Positions 48,847 through 57,221 of a stretch of 64,000 bases of DNA are shown here, piece by piece (positions within the stretch are counted from its first letter, which is position 1; the number at the start of each line of letters is the position of its first letter). This stretch comes from Cyanophora paradoxa CCMP329 (Eukaryota; Plantae; Glaucophyta): contig QPMI01000439.1 of NCBI GenBank assembly GCA_004431415.1, forward strand, positions 124,001-188,000, in the 5' to 3' direction. A program made the translations under genes and the position numbers. The notes below the pieces were generated by a model that saw only the letters and a program-made list of their open reading frames with translations, was not told the origin of the DNA and searched no databases.

Positions 48847-51830
48847 ATGGATCCCCGTTCGCGGATCGACCGCGCGGCCGATCGCGATCGTTCGCGGCCG
48901 CGCGCCGCATCGATATCGATATCGGCCGCGGAGCTCGAGGGGCCAACCTCGGCAGCTGCTTCGAATTCTGCAGATTTAGATATCGATGCATGCAATAGGG
49001 ATTCACATTCTGCGGATGCCCGCGGCGGCGCATCGTCGTGCGCTCCGGGCAACGTCTCCGACGTCGCGATCGACAGGGCTTCACGTTCTGCTCGCGACGG
49101 CTCAGCACCTTCTACACTGAGGCCTCGGCGCTCGAGCTCCGCTGCGCGGGGCCATTCTGAGCTAACCGCCTCCTCGAGCGCATCCGAATTCGAGACTCCG
49201 GAGGTGCCCCATGCACATTGCGCATGCAGCTCGTAAACATCGATAAATGCTGCCCCTCATTTATTGAGCCCCTTCACCACGCCACACGCGCGGCAGGATT
49301 CGGAGTCCGTTTGCAACGGTTACGGGTCCAGCACACAGGTCCGGTCTGGTCTCAATATATGCCAGCTCCTGCACTTGCGAATTGTGCAGGCCCATGAGAA
49401 GCTATCGGTGCGGGCACGGGCACCGGGTACATTCGTCGGGATACAAAAAGATCACAACAAGTACTCCGCCCGAGTTGGATGGCGTGGCTGCATGGTGCAA
49501 TTGCAATGCGATTCGCACGCATTTGCCACTCTAATTTCAATATTGCGCAGGTCTGTACATCGGGCTTTCCAACAAAAGACGTCCTCATTTTCTTTCAATT
49601 TGCTCATAATCACGGCTTCGAACGCGGAGAATGCTGACCATTAGTTTGAGCAGGATGCTGCCAGGGCCCGGGACCGCCTAGCCATCATCTGCGATCACGT
49701 CGACGAGAAGACTGGGCGTCAGAATCGCCTACAAAGAGACGTTCTTAATTTTTCTCACTCAGGTGTGTTTTTAAGGGATGTGCGTAATGTCACTGTCGCT
49801 GGGCAAATTTATCTCTGCAGATTACGAGGGGGAGCCGTTCTACGCCGCCCTGCAGCGCGGCGAGCTCGACCGCGAGCTGCCGGCGACGGGAGCGCCGGGC
49901 GAGGACGACCTTCGGGAACTCGTGTACGCTTTCCTCGAGCGGCACGAGCCCGGCAGCAAGCCCTCGCGTCGAAAGGTAAGAATCCAATCGCATCGCATCG
50001 CATCCTGATTATCTAGGCCAACATCTCTGAGTCTGTCTACAGCTAGCTATAGATCTCATGTGATTTTTAGATCTTATAATTAAAAAGAGTCAGCAATCGC
50101 GATTCCCTAAATCTAGAGCAATATTAATTGCAATGATTTCAGCTCTAATTGACCTCACTAATCGTTCATCAATATATATATATCCCATCGATACATATTG
50201 TGATCGAATTCATATAATTGATCCACGCCAGATCGCCTTCGATGACATTCTGCGCGAGAAACAGCGGACGCCGGGCACTTCCGTCGGAGTCCGGAGAAAT
50301 CGGAACGGCAAGTTCGACGGGCGCTTCAGATGGCGCACGCAGAGGGTGCAACATCGATTTCTCTTTGAGTGTTTGTTGCCGTCATACACAGACCTTGTGC
50401 TAAAGCATTGGACAGGTTCTAACGGCGGCAAATTTAACGTCGGAGAAAGTGAGTTTCTGATTCTTGAGCTCCAGCCAGATCGCAACTCGCGCACGTGCCA
50501 TGCCACTCTTTAACTTTTGTGCACCCGATGCAGGACGCGGCCAGGGCCCGGGACCGCCTAGCGATCATCTGTGATCACGTCGACGAGAAGACCGGGTCGC
50601 AGCAGCGCCTGCAGAGAGACATTCTGAACTTCCCCTTCTCAGGTCTGTTGCATGCTATGCTAGGCTTTCATAGACGTCGACTCTCGTAATTTGCTAGATC
50701 TGCAGACTACGAGGGGGAGAACTTTTACACCGCCCTGCAGCGGGGCGAGCTCGACATGCCAGTAAATGGCGCAATCGCAACAAACGATTATCTGCACCGC
50801 ACCATCTATCCTTTCCTGGAGCAATTTCTGCCCGGCAGTTGCCCTTCGGTCCATTCCAAGGTCCCATTTTGATTGCAATATATTGATCGAGATCATGTCC
50901 ATTTTAGAACGTTGATAATCCGATCGCGAAGCTAACTCATCATGATCCATATATATAGCATTCATTTTTCATATACATTTATTTATTATATATACGTATG
51001 CTAATACTATCTCTTTGATTCAGAACCTCACAGCTCCGCATGCAGGTTCATGAAAACCTATGCAAGCAAGAGCGGGTGGCGGGCATCTTCGTTGGTGTCC
51101 ACACAACGGATGCTGGAACGTTCAGAGGGCGCTTTAGATGGCGCACGCAGACGGTGAAATCTTTTTGGTGTTTGTTGCCATTGCACAAAGGCCTGGTGCT
51201 CAAGCTTTGTAATTTTGGCATTGAACAGGTTCTGACGGCGACAAATTCGACATCGAAGGAAGTGAGTGTCGAATTTCAAACTCCCGGAGTCCAGCAGATC
51301 GCGAATCTCACACGTGCCTCTCTGCAACGTTGACTTTCGCGCGTCCGATGCAGGACGCAGCCAAAGCCCGGGACCGCCTCGCAATCATGTGCGATCATGT
51401 CGACGAGAAGACCGGTTCGCAGCGGCGCCTGCAGAGAGACATGCTGAGCTTCCCTTTTTCGGGTGCATTTTCATGATATCGATCATGCAATGATCGGTTG
51501 CATATATTCCTTGAAGTGATTAGACACCTTCTTCGGGCAGACTACGAGCGCGAGGACTTCTACGCCGCCCTGCAGGGGGGCGAGCTCGAGCTGCCGGCGC
51601 CTGGCGCACTCGATGTGAAGAACTACTTGCACAAAAGGGTCTATCCTTTCCTCGAGCGATTCGCACCTGGCAGCTGCCCCACTTTCCAGAGAAAGGTCTC
51701 CACATTGCAGTTTGAAGATCGCAATTTATATTCAATGCTGACCTTCACACAGATATCTAGATCTGCTCCTCGGAAACGATCGCGATCGGGAGCCCAGGAT
51801 TGGGACGAGGACTGTTGTAAAGGGGAGGAC
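48847..51830 (+). CDS. Intron-containing protein with three tandem divergent AP2/ERF-like domains; 3' end apparently interrupted by the viral insert
   Basis: Three units (~49391-49976, ~50231-50860, ~51046-51695), each with (F/S)VG[IV]..(GRF)RWR.. | ..DAA[RK]ARDRLAI[IM]CDHVDEKTG.Q.RLQRD.L[NS]F..SDYE and matching intron positions. Confidence 0.75.
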
Positions 51831-52094
51831 CCCCCCCCAAACCAGACCGCCCCCAAAGTCTGGTTTTACCTTCAGGGATCCACCCCTTCTAGCGTCATCA
51901 ATTAGCGATTTTTCTGAGATCAGTTAGGCGTGTTAATTAGGCGTGATGATGGACGAGCATGGATTTGAAGATTGGAAGGCGTGAGGGCGAGTGCATTTGG
52001 ATCTGAGTAGAGAATATCGAGGGAGCTCTATCTAGGCGCTATCAGGGGCAACCTCCCAAGCGGTAGGGGCCCCCAGAGCGGTCTGGTGCGGCCT

Positions 52095-52436
52095 CATTCC
52101 ACTTGATCTGGTTGCTTTTCCGAAACTGGAGTCTTCTCCTTTCTGAAACTTGATAGCAGGGACTTCTTTCTTTTCAGGGGCTTTGGGATATTTGGGGGTG
52201 GCCAAGACGATCTTCGGTTATCAGAATCAAGCCATGGTACAGGTGAGTCGGATCGTGTAAAAGGAGAATTGGACCTTGAAGTCCCAGGTGTGTTATTAGG
52301 CGATAGCTGAGTATCAGGGTGCGCGACCCTCAGTGTCAGATATTTCGAGGTTAATAGTTGTCTCGCAGCAGCTGCATTTCAATTTGCTGGTGACGTTGAG
52401 ATGGAACATCTCCATGCATTTACGGAGCAAATCCAT
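52095..52436 (-). pseudogene. Possible small viral ORF (~110 aa) with one frameshift
   Basis: MDLLRKCMEMFHLNVTSKLKCSCCETTINLEIS.. stops near 52314 just after a CCC run. An adjacent frame continues DTQLSPNNTPG..KPLKRKKSLLSSFRKEK..QVE*. TATATA lies upstream. Confidence 0.3.
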
Positions 52437-52467
52437 CTAGTATGGGCTATATATAAAAACAAAGATT

Positions 52468-53303
52468 CTATGGGTTGGGATCAGCCCCACCAATTGGGAA
52501 ATAACGATTCGAATTGAACGTTTCCCCGTACTTGACACCATTTGCAATTGCATCTGTTCTTTCGGCAAATAGAATAATTTTGTAGGCCCCCATGAGCGTA
52601 GCCCTCACAATAAACTGGTAATCTTCAACCCCCACTGGAGTAGAATGGAAAGCGACACCAAAATTGTCGATCGGATTGATTAAAACAGCTATGTTTGGCC
52701 GGAGAGCATCATTCCTCCTACAAAGGAAATAGATATCAGGGGAATATCAACAACACTCTTGAAGTGATTTCCGAGTGGCTGAACGTTATCTACGATCGAT
52801 GTTTGCTCATTTATATTTAGCGTGAATAGTTTGATGATATAAGGCAAATTCATACCAGGAACATACGTTCTGATTCTTTCATTAGTGTTTTCAGGGTTAG
52901 GTTGATCATTAACAAATATAGGGGCGCAAGCAGCGCCACCCACTCTCAGACCATCTCCAATATAAGCACCTCCAAATCTGCAGGTCACAGCTCCTATTCT
53001 TGATTCGTAGGTAAAAGTATTAACCTTGTTAGCATCGTCATAGCTATCAGGATCGCCATAATGCGCATTAAAATTAGCATTAGTTACAAGGAGATTAGTC
53101 GTTTTAATAGTGCCATTATTTTTGTCACATCGAACCTCTCCTAAACGTAAAATGTGATTTTCTCGGAAGGTGTTTAGAGTTGGCTGCTGCTCCGTTGATT
53201 GTAGGCCGGGGACGTCATCTGAGATGGCGTGCTGCAGGACGTGATTTACTGGGGCCGCAAGGGTTAAAGTTGGAACAACAATTCTTTCAACAGCTTCAGC
53301 CAT
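52468..53303 (-). CDS. Fibre-like protein paralog 1 (shared N-module + type-A C-terminal domain), one frameshift near 52740
   Basis: The N-module aligns with the 54752/56112/57196 proteins. Adding 1 nt at the C4 run (52739-52742) extends the ORF through DIYFLC..NPIDNFGVAF..RATLMGAYKIILFAERTD..PNP*, colinear with the C-terminus of 53904-54752. Confidence 0.75.
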
Positions 53304-53365
53304 TATTGTTATGACTTAAAGAAAATGAATGCATAAAAAAGCAAGGAACAAGGAAGGCTAGACAG

Positions 53366-53893
53366 ATGGAGATCGAAATTCCCAATGGAGCGATTGCAAT
53401 TCCAATTTACGGGCGAAATGGAATAGTAGCACATTCTTTCATATTAGCAGCTGATGCAGAGCTAGTTAATGAAAAACGTTGGAATCTTAATAAAAAGGGT
53501 TATGCTAGATGTAGTATTATTGTGAACGGAAATAGGACAACAACAACAATGCATCAATTAATAGTAGGAGCGATCAATCCAGGGTTTTCTATTGATCACA
53601 TCAACTGTAATAAACTAGATAACAGACGTGAGAACCTCCGCCTGGCTACAAATAAGCAGCAAAATTTGAATCAATTGCTTCAAAAGAATAATTCGAGTGG
53701 TTTTGTAGGAGTAAGCTTTTACACATCTAAGAACAAATGGCGAGCTCAATTTAGAATAGATGGACGCAAGAAACACATTGGCTATTTCTCTACTGCAGAG
53801 CAAGCTGCCAGAGCCCGTGATGCTTTTGCTCTAGCACACACCAGTGAGACAGATCGTTCATTTATCCGTCTAAATTTTCCAGCTGAAGCATAA
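53366..53893 (+). CDS. HNH-AP2 homing endonuclease
   Basis: GYAR..MHQLI..IDHINCNKLDNRRENLR (HNH_3-type) followed by SGFVGV..KWRAQ..HIGYFSTAEQAARARD..LNFP (AP2). Confidence 0.93.
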   Translation: MEIEIPNGAIAIPIYGRNGIVAHSFILAADAELVNEKRWNLNKKGYARCSIIVNGNRTTTTMHQLIVGAINPGFSIDHINCNKLDNRRENLRLATNKQQNLNQLLQKNNSSGFVGVSFYTSKNKWRAQFRIDGRKKHIGYFSTAEQAARARDAFALAHTSETDRSFIRLNFPAEA

Positions 53894-53903
53894 ACGTTCT
53901 TTA

Positions 53904-54752
53904 TCAAGGTATAGGATTTTCCGGATTGCCTTCCTCATACATATTATTCAGTGCTGGATCAACGTTCAGCCCTCTAGTAGCCACTGATGCAGCCACATCG
54001 GAGCGATAGCCGATGATTAGGATAGAGTATCTGCCTATCGCAGTAGCGTATAAATCGAAAAGATGCCTTGTATTAATATTACGAACTACATATCCCCGCC
54101 CAGCATGTCCAAGGCCCTGTACAAAGAAAGTGTAAACATGGCCTATTTGATCATTTTGATCCTGACAGAGCGATTGAAGTGCTTTGGGGATTTCTCTGTT
54201 TGAAAGCAACCTCTCACCATCCAGACCATTTGGTGTACTTGAATTAGCTATTGTTATTTCAACTTCTACTAGAGCTTGTGCATAGGGAAGGTCACAGCAA
54301 GGTACATACATGCGAACTCGTTTACGATTTTCAACATTCTCTACTGAAAAATCCGGCACATCATTGATGGCAATTGATGATGACAGCCCTCCACTGACTC
54401 TGCAGGCTCCGGTAATAGCTGCTCCTCCGGAGCGCACAGTGAGGGCAGCAGTGTTTTGATCGTAGTTTATGCTTCGGAGGTCAACACTGTACGAATCAAC
54501 TCCTCCTGTTATGGGCTGGGAGAAATTCGCGTTTGTAACTAGTAATCTAGTTGTTTTGACAACCCCAGAGTTTTTATCTGCACGCAATTCTTTACACCGA
54601 ATCACTGATCGCTGATCAAATGCGTTAGTTGAGTTTGGACGCTCAGTGGACTCCAATCCAGCAATGGCATCGCTAACTTCATGCTGCCTCATATGGATGG
54701 CTGGGGAGCCCAGCGAGTAGATAGGCAGCTGGACCCGATTGTACTCGGTCAT
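53904..54752 (-). CDS. Fibre-like protein paralog 2 (shared N-module + type-A C-terminal domain)
   Basis: HEVSDAIAGLESTE..F..SVIRCKELRADKNSGVVKTT..ALTVRSGGA, then C-terminal GHAGRGY..GRYSILIIGYRSD. Confidence 0.75.
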   Translation of the reverse strand: MTEYNRVQLPIYSLGSPAIHMRQHEVSDAIAGLESTERPNSTNAFDQRSVIRCKELRADKNSGVVKTTRLLVTNANFSQPITGGVDSYSVDLRSINYDQNTAALTVRSGGAAITGACRVSGGLSSSIAINDVPDFSVENVENRKRVRMYVPCCDLPYAQALVEVEITIANSSTPNGLDGERLLSNREIPKALQSLCQDQNDQIGHVYTFFVQGLGHAGRGYVVRNINTRHLFDLYATAIGRYSILIIGYRSDVAASVATRGLNVDPALNNMYEEGNPENPIP

Positions 54753-54806
54753 TTAATAGAAACACGAGAGAAAAATAAATGAGGTTGCAGACAAGAGAAG
54801 GCTTCA

Positions 54807-55070
54807 CTACTCTTCTGTGACATTGTTATACTCAATTGCTTTCTTCACAGTTCCCCTTTGGAATGCCTGTAATACAATTGCTTCCTTTGAGGTTGGAATT
54901 TGAACTCCTGCCGAAATGCATGACTGAATCTCTTTTTGAACAATCTCATCAATTGCTATTCTTGCTCTGTTGTGGGCAGCATTATCGATCCAATCCTGAA
55001 CAGAGGCAGCACAGAATTCCATTCCTAACTTCTCAATATCAGATAGAACCACTTGGTAAATATTCGACAT
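54807..55070 (-). CDS. 87-aa phage-like fibre-associated protein
   Basis: The pattern LSDIEKLGMEF.A.SVQDWIDNAAHNRARIAIDEIV..IPTSKEAIVLQAF..G.VK resembles, from memory, small proteins encoded next to C1q-type tail fibres in aquatic phages. Confidence 0.65.
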   Translation of the reverse strand: MSNIYQVVLSDIEKLGMEFCAASVQDWIDNAAHNRARIAIDEIVQKEIQSCISAGVQIPTSKEAIVLQAFQRGTVKKAIEYNNVTEE

Positions 55071-55092
55071 TTCCTAAACTACCATAAGAAAA

Positions 55093-56112
55093 TTAAACGA
55101 TGCTTATTAATTCACCTGAGAATCCTGTTTGACTTGCATAGGAAGCGACTGAATTTGTAACAAGTGTAACAAATTCGTTTTGGGCAAGATTGAGAATGCA
55201 AGAGAAACACAGCGCTTTATTTGTTGTTGACAGATTGTGAACTTGGGAAATGCTCAATCCCCCTGGATCTGCATCATTAACCCTTACGAATAATTCAATT
55301 GCAGAGGTTGTGGTTGAAGAAGTGAATACTGAAAATCGATAGTGTCCCGCAACAGGTGCTGTGAACCTTCCAGTTGATGTGCTGAATGAGTTCGTGTTGT
55401 TTACTCGAACTGTTGCCCAGTTTATAAGAACAGCAGAACTTGTAGCAGTGTGGTTGTAGCCGAGTTGAACTGAAAATCGTGGATGTGATGTTTTGAGATA
55501 ACACCCTGTATTAATTGTCAAACTATTCGCTTCCAGAGTAGCAACAGTGTTACTATTCCGTTTCAGAAGAAGGTCTATATTGGCTCCTGTATCGATTTCC
55601 GGTGTGACAACCTTGTTCATTGCTGTGATTATGGATTGTGAGGCAATTGGTAGTGAAATACCAGCATTTGCTGTTACCAATCCTGTAAAGGTGCTTGTTC
55701 CTGTAATACTCACCTGATTTGCTGTAAGAGTTCCATCAACTCTCGCCCCATCTCCAATGTAGGCACCTCCACTTCTCACAACAAGAGCAGAGTTATTTAT
55801 TGTGTTGTCAAAGGTTACTATTTTGGGTGTGGTGAACCCTCCTACATCATCATATATTGTGGAATCAGAAACAATCTGACCTGATTGAACTTGGTTCTTG
55901 TTGGAAACTATTAAACCTGTGGTTCTCACCTTGCCCCCATTGCGATCACATCGAATCTCTTTGCATCTGATCACAGAGTTTTGAGAAAACGAATCGGCTC
56001 CTGTTGTTTCAGTGCAAATAAACCCAGGGGTTGCATCTGTTACTGTGTGGTTGAGTTGATGTATTTTTGGGGCAGCATAACAGAACACAGGAACAGCTAT
56101 TTGAGTGGTCAT
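55093..56112 (-). CDS. Fibre-like protein paralog 3 with C-terminal C1q/TNF-like head
   Basis: Shared N-module. C-terminal PRFSV..NNTNSFSTSTGRFTAPVAGHYRFS..LNLAQNEFV..FSGELI is a C1q signature. Confidence 0.85.
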   Translation of the reverse strand: MTTQIAVPVFCYAAPKIHQLNHTVTDATPGFICTETTGADSFSQNSVIRCKEIRCDRNGGKVRTTGLIVSNKNQVQSGQIVSDSTIYDDVGGFTTPKIVTFDNTINNSALVVRSGGAYIGDGARVDGTLTANQVSITGTSTFTGLVTANAGISLPIASQSIITAMNKVVTPEIDTGANIDLLLKRNSNTVATLEANSLTINTGCYLKTSHPRFSVQLGYNHTATSSAVLINWATVRVNNTNSFSTSTGRFTAPVAGHYRFSVFTSSTTTSAIELFVRVNDADPGGLSISQVHNLSTTNKALCFSCILNLAQNEFVTLVTNSVASYASQTGFSGELISIV

Positions 56113-56134
56113 ACTTTATATTATATGGATAATA

Positions 56135-57196
56135 TTATGAATGGACAAGCATACATCCAAAGAACCATCTGATATTATAGGTTGTAGAAAAAGATGCTGA
56201 ATAGGAAACTCTGATTGAATCATTAGCTTGAAGGTCTACAATGACTTCGAACCCATTGTTTGCAAGTCCTGATATATTTAGAGTAAAAACTTGAATTCCA
56301 GATGAGCTTCCGTTTTTCTGTAAAAATGTATTTACAATACTTGTAGTTCTTGGGGAAAAACAGGATCCACTAAATGTGACAAGATAGTTTCCTGTCACAG
56401 GGGCAGTAAAAAGCCCTGTCGCAGGGTCGAAATTATTTCCATGGTTCACTATGACTCCTGTTGTTGGATATATATTTATTGAGGAAATCGATGTAGTTAT
56501 TGACCCATTCGGTTCCTGTTTTGTTGCAAAGAAACGAGGATGGCTACTTAATTTCAGATACTTGTAGTCAGGAAGTGTGAGATGTTGAACAGTTGTGTTA
56601 TCTGTTTGAGTTGTTTTTTGAAGAGAAAAGATTGTGTCCCCATTCCTCTTGTAATTCAGGACTATGTCACTCACGTTATCAATCTCAGGTGTGTTTAACC
56701 TTGTTGTAAGTGTGAGAGTTCCATACTGAATACTCCCTGAAAGCCCACCATTGAAGTCCATAAACCCGCCAAAACTACTTGTCCCACTCACAGATAGTTG
56801 ATTTGCTGTGACAGTTCCTGCTACATTTGCTCCATCTCCAATGTAGGCTCCTCCACTCTTGACTACAAGAGCGGAAGTATTACTTGTGTTATTGAAAGTA
56901 ACTATCTTTGCTGTGGTAAATCCACCCTCATTATCATAGATTGCTGAATCGGGAACTACTTGACCCGCTTGCACTTGATTTTTATTCGAGATTATAATGC
57001 CTGTGGTTCTAATCTTGCCTCCATTTCGATCGCATCGAATTTCTTTGACTCTGAGTATATTATTCTCTGTGAAAGAGGTATTGCTTGAAGTTTCAGTGCA
57101 AATATTCCCAGGTGAAGAGTCGACTACTTCATGAGAGGTGCTGTGTAGTGATTTTGCTGCAAGTTCATAGTTTGGGATTTCTAATAGAGAGGTCAT
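56135..57196 (-). CDS. Fibre-like protein paralog 4 with C-terminal C1q/TNF-like head
   Basis: Shared N-module. C-terminal PRFFA..NHGNNFDPATGLFTAPVTGNYLVT..VDLQANDSIRV..FFGCML. Confidence 0.85.
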   Translation of the reverse strand: MTSLLEIPNYELAAKSLHSTSHEVVDSSPGNICTETSSNTSFTENNILRVKEIRCDRNGGKIRTTGIIISNKNQVQAGQVVPDSAIYDNEGGFTTAKIVTFNNTSNTSALVVKSGGAYIGDGANVAGTVTANQLSVSGTSSFGGFMDFNGGLSGSIQYGTLTLTTRLNTPEIDNVSDIVLNYKRNGDTIFSLQKTTQTDNTTVQHLTLPDYKYLKLSSHPRFFATKQEPNGSITTSISSINIYPTTGVIVNHGNNFDPATGLFTAPVTGNYLVTFSGSCFSPRTTSIVNTFLQKNGSSSGIQVFTLNISGLANNGFEVIVDLQANDSIRVSYSASFSTTYNIRWFFGCMLVHS

Positions 57197-57221
57197 CTTT
57201 GTAATACTGTGAGAATCTTAA

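Larger units (their letters stand above)
53304..55093 (-). promoter_or_regulatory. Recurrent TTTTCT-N16-ATG motif upstream of three viral structural genes
   Basis: TTTTCT lies exactly 16 nt before the ATGs at 53303, 54752 and 55070. The coordinates span the three separate sites. Confidence 0.5.

Noticed and set aside
52468-57196. Diversity-generating retroelement behind the fibre paralogs
   Set aside because: No reverse transcriptase and no template/variable repeat pair differing at adenines is visible; the similarity is N-terminal paralogy.
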